IMG/VR virus record: IMGVR_UViG_3300031994_000263
Location: 1 to 37,190 of that record
DNA from: a virus
Reading direction: 5' to 3' (one strand)
Length of the DNA: 37,190 nt
Position 1 is the stretch's first letter, and the number at the start of each line of letters is the position of its first letter. Below the pieces are notes generated by a model. It did not search any database, was not told where the DNA came from, and was given only the letters and a program-made list of their open reading frames with translations. Made by a program: the position numbers and the translations under genes. This document shows positions 1 to 10,579 of the stretch, piece by piece.

Positions 1-1
1 A

Positions 2-1804
2 ACTTTCTTTGTCCCTCCTACTGAATTTATTGGAAAACTTTACTATGAACAAAATGCAAATATTGAAAAAGAAACTTTAAAAAGTTATAATATAAATATA
101 TATACAACATCTGGACAAAAATCAATTGTAAAAACAGAATAGATATATACCAATCAATATAATCCTAATGAATTTTATTATTAGCTATTATATGACCTTG
201 ATAAATAGGTAAATTATACCTTAGCTTTTAATTATACAACAAATAATTTATATAAAGCAACTGAAAATTTTCAATTTATAATTGCTAAATAGGCAAGCAA
301 TAAATTAAATGTCGCAGCTTTTACCGCTACGCCAGAAGAATCAAATGGAAGTATTAAACTTGACATTAATTTTGGCTTATTACAAACTCAAAACGATTTA
401 AATATAAGACGGTCTTCTGCTAAGAGTAATTTTTTGCAATGGGAAACTTTAAAAACAATTTCTCATAACCGCGATTTAGAACATCTTTGGTATGATACTT
501 CTATTGAAAGCGGCGTTTGGTATAAATATAGAATTCAATAGGTAGGAGAAAATGGCAGAGTTGTTGATATTCAAGAACCAGTAATGTGTTTATTTGAAGA
601 TATTTTCTTAACTCAAGGAGATAGACAGTTAAAAGTTCAATTTAATCCAACAGTTTCTGATTTTAAATATAATATACCAGAATCTCAACAAGTGACTTTA
701 GGAGCGCAATACCCCTATATCAAAAGAAATGGTAATAACTATTATCGAACGTTCTCATTAAGTGGATTAGTTTCTGCATTAATGGATGAAATTCGTTGGT
801 ATGATCCTGGCCATTTAGATGGACAATTTTATAATAAAAATAGTATATAGCCATTTACAACAGCCAATGAACTTTTTGGAGATGCTGCGGCCGCCCTTCA
901 TAATGATTATAATCAAACAAATGATATTAGTTATTATGAAGATTATATTTATGAAAGAGAATTTAGATAGAAAGTTATGTAGTTTTTATATAAAAATAAT
1001 ATAAAACTATTTAGATCATTAACAGAAGGGAATATTTTAGTAAAACTAACAAATATAGCTTTTCAACCTATTGATACATTAGGTAGAAGATTATATTCTT
1101 TTTCTGCAACTGCTACTGAAATTGATAATAATATCTTATAGAATTTAAATACTAAATATAATCTTATTAATAAATGGTATTATACATACGCTAAATATAC
1201 TATTAGTGATAACTTTAGAAGTGGAGAATCGTTAATTGATAGATTTTATAAAGAGTCTGACCAACCTCAAGAAACTACTAATGTTATGGAGTTAAAGATA
1301 GATCATACGGTAGGACAAGATGTTGTTGTTTATGCAAAACCGATAAATAACATTAATCTTCTTAGATATTTAGCTCCAGCTAATGAATCTCTATATATAT
1401 ATTATTCTGATGCAGACCCTATTGCAGAAGCATATTTTTATGCAGTTCACTTAGATGAAGATGATCTAAAACTGCAAGAAGGTCATTATGACACTCCTTA
1501 GGATGTAGAAAATCCAATTGAATTTGGTGTTTATTCTATTGTAGATCATTATTTTATTAGAATTGATAGATATATATAGTATTTTAGAGAATCTGATTTA
1601 CTTACAACTTATCATGATGAAGTTTTATAGAATAGTATTGATAATAAAGATTATGATCTTTTAGTTGAATCTATGGAGCCAGTTTATTTTAATATGATTT
1701 ATTATAATGGAGAATGGCATCCATTGTTAGATAATAATGATATTATAATTGATGAATTTCCTGCTTCTGTTGAATTTAAATATAGAACTAAAAAGGAGGA
1801 TTAA
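2..1804 (+). CDS. Phage structural (baseplate/tail-like) protein, 5'-partial. It reads through about 13 in-frame TAG codons and stops at TAA 1802-1804.
   Basis: Frame 2 is open from position 2 to the TAA, apart from TAG. The ORF-track pieces 584..850 and 1286..1501 lie in this frame and are separated only by TAG. Function is inferred only from position in the late arm. Confidence 0.55.
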
Positions 1805-1806
1805 TT

Positions 1807-3714
1807 ATGGCTCATAATTTTCCATATTTAAATGATTCTTCTTTTTTAGAAAGATTTGATAAAATTAGATTAAAAGAACAATTTGTTAAATTAATTGTTT
1901 TAGATTTTTATTAGAATCCTATTCAATAGATTCAGGGAAAAGTAATAAGTGGCAACTTTAATTTAGATGGTTCTTCTTCTATGCGGCGGACAGGTAATAT
2001 AAATTTAATTGCGGATGATCTTGAAAATAATCTTACCGATACTAAGCATTTATTATCTATTAATAAAAAAATAGAAGTATTAATTGGTTTTACCAATACA
2101 ACCGGTGAATACCAATAGTATGATATGATATGGTTCCCTCAAGGGGTTTATCTTATTATTGCCGCAAATATTTCTAACAGTTTAAGTGGAATTAGCATTG
2201 CGTTAACTTTACATGATAAGATGGCTTTATTAAATGGAGAATGCGGCGGCACCCTTCCCGCGTCTATTATTTTAAGTGAAATTGAAGATATTGATGAAGA
2301 AGGAGAATCTGTAATAAGCAAACCCACTTTATATAGAATTATCCAATAGCTAGTTAATCATTTTGGCGGTGAACAGCTGGGGAAAATTATAATTTCAGAT
2401 ATTGATAATGAAGCCAGAGAAGTAATGAAATGGACTGGTTCAACACCTTTATATTATTATACTTCTATCGAAGAAGGACATCCTTATTATAGTTTTTCTA
2501 CAAATTATAATGAATTTATTGGAAGAGGTATATCTCCAGATGATATAAAACAATTTAATTATGGCGATGATGTAGGTTATATTCTAACAGATTTTTCTTA
2601 TCCAGGTGATTTAATTAGTAAAGCTGGCGACACAATCTGTTCTATATTAGATCAAATTAAAAATGTCTTAGGAAATTATGAATATTTTTATGATATAAAT
2701 GGAAATTTTATTTTCCAAGAAATTAAAAATTATTTAAATAAATCATATGCCAATTAGATATTAACTGATATTAATAAAGATAATTATTCAGTTGATTATA
2801 CAAGTGGTAAATCAGTTTATACTTTTGATGATTCTGATCTTATAATTTCTATTTCTAATTCTCCACAATATCAACAAATTAAAAATGATTTTATTATATG
2901 GGGAAAAAGAAAATCAATAAGCGGGAAAGAAATTCCTATTCGATATCATTTAGCAATAGATAATAAACCAAAAGTAGGAAACACTTATACAATTAAAAGT
3001 GTAATTGATTAGGATGATATATAGAAATTTGTTATAGATGAGGCGGGTACCCCTGTTACAACCTCAGACTTTCGTACTGAACTTCTCTTAAGCGGGGTCG
3101 CCGCTTAGCCATTCGCAACAGATAGCAATTATTATTATACAGAATTACAAAATGAATGGTCTAAAATATATGATGTAATGAATGGGAATTTTAAAAATTA
3201 GGCATTAGCGCACCCGAATGAAATAGACTTCTTTTTAGATATCATTGATGAAACTTAGACTGAAATTGGTCAATATGGAGTTCAAAATATAGGTCGTAGA
3301 ACAGTTGCTCTTGTTGATGATACGGTAAATTGTATTTTTGCTCCATAGATCCCTGATATAGTTATTATTCAATAGGGAACAGATAAAACCCAAGAACAAC
3401 AGCAATGGTGTTAGGACAGAAATCAGCCATATGTTCAAGTTAGAGATTAGGTTTATAGTATGTTATGGGAAGGCGGCATGTTAAAGCCCGCTTATGATGA
3501 AATTAAAAAAGAACTTTATCAATATACAACTTTTAATGAACAAGTTTCTTTAACGACTGTCCCAATTTATTATCTTGAACCAAATACAAGAATTACAATA
3601 CGAGATTCTGTAACTGGTGTTTATGGTGACTTTATGATTAAATCTATTTCAATGCCTCTTGATATTAATGGAACTATGAGCATCTCTTGTACCAAGGCTC
3701 TTGAAAGATTATAA
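1807..3714 (+). CDS. Phage structural protein of about 635 aa. It has about 15 in-frame TAG codons and ends at TAA 3712-3714.
   Basis: The ATG at 1807 lies 5 nt after the upstream stop. The RBS aaaaaggagga is at 1790-1800. The ORF-track pieces 2125.., 2425.. and 3460..3714 are all in frame 1 and joined only by TAG. Confidence 0.55.
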
Positions 3715-3720
3715 TTTTAT

Positions 3721-3749
3721 TTGACAAAATTAAAAAATTTTAATATACT
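3721..3749 (+). promoter_or_regulatory. Sigma70-like promoter with -35 TTGACA (3721-3726), a 17-nt spacer and -10 TATACT (3744-3749).
   Basis: Consensus hexamers with 17-bp spacing lie in the 3715-3880 intergenic region upstream of the gene at 3881. A 6-bp inverted repeat attgta...tacaat (about 3826-3852) lies between the promoter and the RBS. Confidence 0.45.
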
Positions 3750-3880
3750 AAATTAAAGAGGATAATATCTAGCTTACAAAAAATTTTGGACAAAAGCTAA
3801 TATTTCTTTTATAGTAATTTTTATATTATATTGTAGGGGACATAAGATCTTACAATAGGAAATAAAAGGAGAAATATTAT

Positions 3881-4390
3881 ATGGATGAAAGACAAACTCT
3901 TGGTATGATGAATACCAATCCTAATAATATGCAAAGAATGATTCCAAATGGCGGACAACAAATGCAAGTCCCTTATGGCGGAAACGCTTTATTACAAAAT
4001 ACCCCATATGGCAATTATATGGGGAATATGTATCAACAACAACAGCAACCACAACAAATTCCGCAAAATCAATTTTTAAAGTGCAGACCAGTTTCCTCAA
4101 AAAGTGAAGCAAGCGCTTATCAAATTGATTTAGATGGTTCATTATGGGTTTTTACTGATATTGCAAATGGTAAAATTTATACCAAGCAAATCAATATCGA
4201 TGGATCCGCATCTTTTCATACTTATGTTTATCAAGAGGAAAGTGCTGATGGTGACGATCAGTATGTTAAGAAATCTGATTTTAATAAAGTAATTAATGAA
4301 ATCTTAAATAGAATGGGCGGGCAGCCGATTCAGGGATCCACAGAATCAATTCCTCAGCAGATTGAAACGAAACCTGCAATGAATTTCTAA
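3881..4390 (+). CDS. Hypothetical 169-aa protein with a Q/N-rich N-terminal half and a conserved-looking C-terminal domain. It contains no TAG codons.
   Basis: Intact ORF with the RBS aaaaggag 8 nt upstream and its own promoter. The N-terminal half has prion-like composition (QQQQQPQQ, NTNPNN). Confidence 0.6.
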   Translation: MDERQTLGMMNTNPNNMQRMIPNGGQQMQVPYGGNALLQNTPYGNYMGNMYQQQQQPQQIPQNQFLKCRPVSSKSEASAYQIDLDGSLWVFTDIANGKIYTKQINIDGSASFHTYVYQEESADGDDQYVKKSDFNKVINEILNRMGGQPIQGSTESIPQQIETKPAMNF

Positions 4391-4407
4391 GAAGGGGTTG
4401 AATAAAA

Positions 4408-4641
4408 ATGAATGTAAATCCATTCCAATTAATTCAAATGATCAAGGGCGGTATGAACCCGCAACAATTGATTATGAGTATAATGCAAAATAATAACAAT
4501 CCAATTTTACAAAATGCAATGAATCTTGCTCAAAATGGAAATGCAGCTGCATTATAGAATCTCGCACGAAATTTAGCTCAACAAAAAGGCTTAAATTTCG
4601 ATGAAGAATTTGCTAGATTTAAGAACTCTTTAGGACGATAA
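4408..4641 (+). CDS. Hypothetical small protein of 77 aa with one in-frame TAG. It ends at TAA 4639-4641.
   Basis: ATG at 4408. The gene is followed directly by a hairpin terminator. Confidence 0.4.
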
Positions 4642-4662
4642 AAACTCCTAAAGAGTTTTTTA
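4624..4662 (+). terminator. Rho-independent terminator: the stem aactctttagga / tcctaaagagtt followed by a T-run.
   Basis: A perfect 12-bp inverted repeat at 4624-4635 and 4646-4657, followed by TTTTTT. Confidence 0.6.
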
Positions 4663-4699
4663 TATAAAAAATTTTTCTTTATAAAGGAGAACAAAAGGA

Positions 4700-5536
4700 A
4701 TGTTTAATAACAATAATGGATATTCATTAGCTGATATCGCGGCTGCTACTGGTAATGGTGGCTACGGCAACAATGGTGGTCTCTTTGGCGGCGATAGCGG
4801 CATTTGGTTATTTGTTTTATTCATCCTCGTGCTTGCCGGCGGTTGGGGTAATAACGGCTGGGGTAGCAATTGTGGTGGCGGAAACAACGCAGCTACTTAT
4901 GTAACTTCTGATATCCAGCGTGGTTTTGATCAGAGCGCGGTTATCGGATCTTTAAATGGCATCGCCGCAGCTGTTAATAATGGTTTTGCTAACGCGGAAG
5001 TTTCTCGTTGCAATAGCCAAGCTAATATTCTTCAGACTCTGAATAACAATCAGGCTAACCTTTCTACTCAGCTCAATACAATCGCTATGAATCAGCAGAA
5101 TTGTTGCTGCGAAAATAGAGCTGGCTTAGCTGATCTGAAGTATACCGTTGCTACTGAAGCTTGCGCGGATCGTCAGGCTGTTACTAATGCTCTGTTTGAC
5201 GTTACCACTGCTCAAAATAGCAATACACAAGCTATGCTTAATGCTATTAATGCGGGTATTCAGTCTATTAGAGATGATATTTGCCAAGAAAAGATTGATA
5301 ATCTTAAGGCTCAGAATCAACAGCTCCAGATGCAGAGCTATCTTGCTAGCCTGGCTGCTTCTCAGAATGCACAGACTGGTACACTTCTTGCAGACAATGC
5401 CGCACAGACTGCTACACTTCGTCAGGCGCTTAATCCTACTCCAGTTCCCGCATATATTGTTGGTAACCCCAATGGTTGCAACTGCGGCTGTAACTATAAT
5501 CCCTGCGGATGCAACAATAACGGATTCTACAACTAA
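4700..5536 (+). CDS. Glycine- and cysteine-rich membrane-anchored protein of 278 aa. It has a Gly-rich N-terminus, one transmembrane helix (IWLFVLFILVLAGGW), a Q/N/A-rich middle and a C-terminal Cys cluster (NGCNCGCNYNPCGCNNNGFYN). It contains no TAG.
   Basis: Intact ORF with the RBS aaaggaga. It sits in a roughly 45% GC island, and glutamine is encoded mostly by CAG. Confidence 0.6.
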   Translation: MFNNNNGYSLADIAAATGNGGYGNNGGLFGGDSGIWLFVLFILVLAGGWGNNGWGSNCGGGNNAATYVTSDIQRGFDQSAVIGSLNGIAAAVNNGFANAEVSRCNSQANILQTLNNNQANLSTQLNTIAMNQQNCCCENRAGLADLKYTVATEACADRQAVTNALFDVTTAQNSNTQAMLNAINAGIQSIRDDICQEKIDNLKAQNQQLQMQSYLASLAASQNAQTGTLLADNAAQTATLRQALNPTPVPAYIVGNPNGCNCGCNYNPCGCNNNGFYN

Positions 5537-5550
5537 TTGGGAGGTCGCTT

Positions 5551-6006
5551 ATGGCAAGTTATGTAACAACTACTGATGCGTTAGTAGCATTAAACGGTAC
5601 TATCCCATTTAATAGTGTTTCTATTCCTTGCAACAGGGGGAACGTGGTTCCCCTTGTTCCTGGGATTCTTAACTTAAACGGTAGCACCTCAAATCGTTTT
5701 GCAAGATATGTGGTAACTCTTCAAGGAAATATTCAAATTCCCGAAGGTGGCGCGGTTACTCCAATTGCTTTAGGAATTACCCTCAATGGTGTAATTATCC
5801 CAGAGAGCGTTGCTATTGTAACTCCTGCCGCAGCTGAAGAGTATTGGCACATTAATACAAAAGCTATTGTGACTGTTCCTTGTGGATGTTGTTTAACAGT
5901 GTCTGGTGCCTATGTAGACGGAACTGAAGATGATCCTGCTACAACTCCAACTCCTTCTATTTTAGTAAGGCGCGAAGCTGTCTTAGACGTGGAAAGAATA
6001 GCTTAA
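5551..6006 (+). CDS. BclA-C-terminal-domain-like (C1q/TNF-like jelly-roll) protein of 151 aa. It contains no TAG.
   Basis: The RBS gggaggt is 6 nt upstream. The residue pattern IPFNSVSI...RYVVTLQGNIQIPEGG...ITLNGVIIPESV recalls the exosporium BclA C-terminal domain. This was recognised from memory and no search was run. Confidence 0.4.
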   Translation: MASYVTTTDALVALNGTIPFNSVSIPCNRGNVVPLVPGILNLNGSTSNRFARYVVTLQGNIQIPEGGAVTPIALGITLNGVIIPESVAIVTPAAAEEYWHINTKAIVTVPCGCCLTVSGAYVDGTEDDPATTPTPSILVRREAVLDVERIA

Positions 6007-6020
6007 GGAGGTAAAAGGAT

Positions 6021-6710
6021 ATGGCAACAGAAGAACTGAAAAAAATGAAAGATCAACTAGTTACTTGTGTTCAGAGTCAGCTTACAGATATTCCCAAAGC
6101 TAACACACATGAACTTGGTGAAGTAGTTGATATGATTAAGGATCTTGCGGAAGCTATTTACTATTGCACTATTACATAGTCAATGGAAAAGGCGGAAGAA
6201 GAAAAACCTTCAGAAGTTAATAATATTAACTATTATACCACTCCTGTTTATCAGAAAATGAGTCCCGAATATTGGCCCCCGGATCCTTATAAGGATACGG
6301 ACAGAGACAGGGGTTATATGTATTATCCTGGTGGTGGAAACGGTGGAAATGGTAATGGTTCAAGAGGTGGATCTAATAGCGGCAATTCCGGTGGTTCTGG
6401 AAATTTTGGAACTGGTATGGGAACCCGCGGATCTGTGAATTATTATCCAATGGCTCTTCCATATGAAATGAGACCGGACGAATATCCGATGAGACGCGAT
6501 CCTCGTGAAGGCAAAGCCGCAATGAGACGCAGAATGTATATGGAAGGTAAAGAAAACCATAGTGATACAACTTCTCAACTCCATGAATTAGAAGCCTATT
6601 TACAAGAACTTTCATCAGATATTACAGAAATGATTAAAGATGCATCTCCAGAAGAGAAGGCTACATTACATCAAAAGATGACAACACTAGCAAGTAAATT
6701 AGCTTAATGA
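6021..6710 (+). CDS. Glycine-rich hypothetical protein of about 229 aa (GGGNGGNGNGSRGGSNSGNSGGSG). It has one in-frame TAG, at 6177-6179.
   Basis: The RBS aaggaggt precedes the ATG at 6021. ORF-track 6183..6707 is in the same frame and separated from the start only by TAG. Confidence 0.5.
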
Positions 6711-7021
6711 TTGTCATTAATGATGTAACTTGGAAATTATCCATAGTTCCAGAAAATTTCCCATTATTGCGGCGTCCCAATGGTGATTATGCCATTGGGG
6801 CCTGCGATAATTTAATGAGAACGATTTACATTAATGAAAATTTACGCGGTAATCTTTTAAAAAAGGTTTTGTGCCATGAAATAACGCACGCCGCAATGTT
6901 TTCTTATAATGTTGATCTTACTCTTGATCAGTAGGAACTTGTAGCAGATTTAATCTCTACATATGGAGATGAAATTATTTCAGTCACAAATAGAATATTT
7001 TCTAAATTAGGAAATATTTAA
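6707..7021 (+). CDS. Small HExxH zinc metallopeptidase domain protein (ImmA/IrrE, DUF955-like). It is 104 aa with one TAG.
   Basis: The motif VLCHEITHAAM is present. The reading frame continues through TAG 6932-6934 to TAA 7019-7021. Confidence 0.45.
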
Positions 7022-7037
7022 CCGATGAATTTAATAG

Positions 7038-7079
7038 GTGGGCTATTGATTGTAAAAGATTAATAGCCCACTTTTTTTA
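7038..7079 (+). terminator. Rho-independent terminator: the stem gtgggctatt / aatagcccac followed by TTTTTTT.
   Basis: A 10-bp perfect inverted repeat at 7038-7047 and 7062-7071, followed by a T-run. Confidence 0.65.
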
Positions 7080-7113
7080 TATATATTTATAAGAAAGGAA
7101 ATAGGTAATATTT

Positions 7114-9330
7114 ATGGCAGATAAATTAGTTGCGGTAAGAATTAAGCAACAAAATGGTACTTATAGTAATGAAATACCGATTGGCACATTGGCAGAAAAT
7201 GTTGCGTATAGTAGTACTAAAAATTTATTAGAAGTCCTTGGTGCTGTTGATTTATCCAAGGGCGATATCCAAACACAATTAAATGCCTTATATAGTAATT
7301 TTCAAGATTATATTCCTTCTGCAATTATGCAAACAGTTGGAAATTATTTGGAAGAAAATAGCAGTTATTGGGATCCTTAGACAACCTTAGATTCAACTTT
7401 TTCTGCATCCAATTTACCTCCAATAAGTCAACTTACAGCAAGTAAAGATATGATAGCGCAAACTTAGGCAACTATGACAGCGACTAAAGCATATACCACA
7501 GGTGAATATATTTGTATAAATAAAAAGCTATATAGAACAACAACTGCAATTGCAAGTGGGTTAGCATTGGTTGTTGGAACTAATGTTGAAGAAGTTAAAC
7601 TTGCGGAGGCGGTAGCCGACGCCATAACGGTCACAGATACTATAAATGACCAAGTAGATGATTTAAAGACACAGTTAGATGATTTGGAAGATATAATATA
7701 TCCAAATCAGAACGCTATAGTAACATCAGTCGCGCCCGTGGAGCAGGCTGGGGCAAACTGGTACTATGACATTTCTCTTTTATCAGTTGGCGTTACATAT
7801 AGGATCGTTTTAAGCATTTCCGACGCAACACACCTTTCTAACATTCGCACATCTAAGGCCGAATCGGGAAGTGGAAATGTAGATACTGTTACAGCAGATT
7901 TTGTGGGAGAATCATGGGAAACCGGCAAAACATTGTTATACACTCCGGCTGTTGAAGGGATCAAATTTTTACAAGTACAGTTCAACAGCGCATACACATC
8001 AAATGAGGCTACCATATCTATAACAGTATATAATTATACAAAAGAGCAAACACTGGTAACAGAAGATTTGAAATCACAAGATTCATTTCTCGAATCAGAA
8101 ATAACAGCGATTTCACCGGCTATTTACCTTGACGATGATTATAATCTGCTCCCACCTTATGGCTACACGGTAGGAAAACTGATACATCCGAATGGTGTTA
8201 TATTTAATGATGCCGGTTCTGTTTTGTCTGACTATGTTCCTATTGATCCTGCACAGGGCTATATATGCAATTGGGCAAAAACGGCGTCTGTTGTTTACGG
8301 AAATTCCGATTTAACTGGCAACACAAATCCGTTTATTAGGTACTGTTTCTGCTTTTTTGATGGAGAAAAAAATGTATTACCGTTTACAGGAAATACAATG
8401 GCTGTTTCAAAGGTGATTCCCGAAAATGCAAGATATATTCGGGTGACTCTGATATCCGAAGAACTTTATCATCTGGCGCGGCTTATATATGGGAACTATA
8501 ATTCACAGCCTATCGTTCGTATCTGCGATTATCACAAACGCAATAAGGATATCTATGCAGAAGCAAACACAGGGTTTGAACATTTCAAAATGGTAATGTT
8601 CGGCGATTCCATTACACATGGTTCTCTGTCTATATCTGATGATGGCACATCCTATGTTGATTATGCCAACGACTATTTACATTCCGATATCATCAATGTT
8701 GGTTTCGGCGGGACCAGAATGACTTACACACTTGAAGAAGCAGGTTTGTTCTGCTTTTATAACTTGTGCGATTGTATTGTGTCGGAAGATGCTGATGCGT
8801 GGGATGATTTGGATGCTTATGCACTTATCAATACAACATACGCGCCGCATCTTGCAACATTAAAAGCAATTGACTGGACAACGGTTAATGCAATCGGACT
8901 AATGTACGGTGCAAACGATTACGCATCAAATACTCCTGTCGGTTCATCGTATAATGAAACGCTCACAAACTACGATGGTGCCTGTGCATATGGATTAAAG
9001 AAACTGCTTACCAAATATCCGCATTTGCAAGTAATGATTCTTTCGCCGTTTGATCGTGAAATGACTGCGGGTGATGCGTCCACCATGACCGACGTCGCTC
9101 AAAACAGTGCAGGTCTGTTGATGTCTGATTATGGCGATTCGCTTGAAAATGTTGTAAGTCGCTTCCATTGTCCGTTAATTCGCACAGACAAACTGTTTGG
9201 AATCAACCAGTACACGATTTTAACTTATGCGCCGGACGGAACGCATCCGAGAGCAAACATTGCCCAGAAACGGCTGGGATGGTTATTCGCTCAGGCTGTG
9301 AGAAACAATCTTGCGCCGTTCAATGGATAA
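7114..9330 (+). CDS. Tail fiber or receptor-binding protein with a C-terminal SGNH (GDSL-family) hydrolase domain. It is 738 aa with two TAG codons near the N-terminus.
   Basis: SGNH blocks are readable: FGDSITHGS (block I), GANDY (block III) and DGTHP (block V). The C-terminal half is about 45% GC and uses CAG for glutamine. ORF-track 7114..7380 and 7474..9330 share one frame and are separated only by TAG. Confidence 0.6.
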
Positions 9331-9397
9331 TCTAAAGAAAATCTAAGGTCACCAACTACAGATAAAAAATCAGCCAATAGTAAATAAACAAATGTTA

Positions 9398-9428
9398 AGA
9401 AGGAAGCCTTGGCTTCCTTCTTTTTTAT
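9398..9428 (+). terminator. Rho-independent terminator: the stem agaaggaagcc / ggcttccttct followed by a T-run.
   Basis: An 11-bp inverted repeat followed by TTTTTTT. Confidence 0.65.
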
Positions 9429-9531
9429 TTTGGTCAATATTAAACAATTTAATCAATTTAATTTTAAAATAACATAGAAATAAAAAACAAAGGCATTAGC
9501 CTTTTTATTAAACTAAGAAAGGAAAATATAT

Positions 9532-9669
9532 ATGCCTATAACATTCAGAAAAATAAATGCTTAGGTAAAAGATCCAACGACAGGCAATATGATACCTGCG
9601 GGAATTTTATCAAGCGACTCTCTTACAACCATAGCTGCGGCAGAAAAATTCTGCTATTACTAGAATTAA
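9532..9669 (+). CDS. Small ORF of 45 aa with two TAG codons. Coding sequence continues downstream in the +1 frame as far as 9802. This may be a frameshifted or degraded fiber-tip gene.
   Basis: The RBS aaggaaa precedes ATG 9532. The +1 frame from about 9593 to 9802 encodes a plausible beta-rich C-terminal segment but has no start codon of its own. Confidence 0.25.
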
Positions 9670-9833
9670 TAATACAAAAACATCCGCAATAAATGAAATC
9701 ACACAATTATTTCCCTCTGCTCCAACAGTAAATGGAGCGTATAATCTTCAATGTATTGTTAATAATGGCGTAGTAACATATCAATGGACATTAATAACTT
9801 AATTTATATATAAAACACAAAAGGAAAAACAAC

Positions 9834-10535
9834 ATGGCAAATACAAATACAGAATATACAAAAAATGGACTTACATTTAGAAAATGCAACTCCTTTAGAA
9901 TTGTTTACCATGATGCTAAAAAAGTTGGAGCTAACTATTGGAACTACTGTAATGCGGGATTCTTTGGAAATTTCCGTTCCGCAAATAATGTATTATTTAC
10001 ATTACCTGTTGGAGTTTTAATATGTGATCCTTGGAATGTACCTAAGGAGGGGCAACAATATATCTTGCCCCTCATATCTTAGGGTAAGCTAAGGTATTAT
10101 ATAAAAGATAATCATACAAATCAATTTTATCATAAAACTCCATCTACATTAGTTGTAACTCCAACTAAAAATTTCATTACAAAAGTCTATATTCCAGACA
10201 GCTGTGAATATGCTATAAGCGGGATCCCCGTTATTGAAAAAAGCAGACCCGCGTCAGTGTAGGAATATAAGGCGGAAGGCTGGGATGACTCTCCCATGTA
10301 TGCGACTCAGAGAAACTGGATCGGCATCCGCAACAATGAAATTTGGCTTATCACTGGTAAAACAATAACTAAAAACTATATACAAACCAAAGAAATCTGG
10401 AATAAAATAAAAGATGAAAAATTTGAAGATGTTATTGCTTTAGATGGCGGCGGGTCATATATCTTTAGAGAAGGTAATAACATTAAAAAAACATGGGAAA
10501 ACCGCCGTATTAATAATCTCATTGTTTTTACTTAA
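9834..10535 (+). CDS. Putative phosphodiester-glycosidase (NAGPA-like) accessory protein of 233 aa with two TAG codons.
   Basis: The RBS aaaaggaaaaa is present. The motif ALDGGGSY is a DGGGS signature. ORF-track pieces 9834.. and 10296..10535 share a frame and are joined through TAG. An internal GC-rich patch (about 10190-10330) uses CAG. Confidence 0.35.
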
Positions 10536-10537
10536 AA

Positions 10538-10579
10538 ATAGGAGAAAGTATATAAATTATACTTTCTCCTATTTTTTTA
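10538..10579. terminator. Bidirectional terminator between the convergent + and - late arms.
   Basis: A 15-bp perfect inverted repeat ataggagaaagtata / tatactttctcctat with a T-run on the + side and an A-run on the other side. Confidence 0.65.

Noticed and set aside
819-1004. A 61-aa + strand ORF and other short standard-code ORFs listed in the track within 1-3500
   Set aside because: They are out of frame with the continuous TAG-read-through frame and have AT-rich nonsense composition.
3036-3120. GC-rich patches considered as possible tRNA or suppressor-tRNA genes. A second one is at 10990-11060.
   Set aside because: Both lie inside continuous coding frames and translate sensibly. No cloverleaf, acceptor-stem or T-loop pattern could be built.
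5148-5576. A 142-aa + strand ORF overlapping the 4700 gene in another frame. The same applies to the minus ORFs 5126..5320, 3921..4142, 6360..6615, 28640..29191, 30951..31343, and to the + ORFs 29373..29747, 21196..21606 and 25239..25463.
   Set aside because: These are alternate-frame or antisense ORFs inside stronger genes. They have no RBS and biased junk composition.
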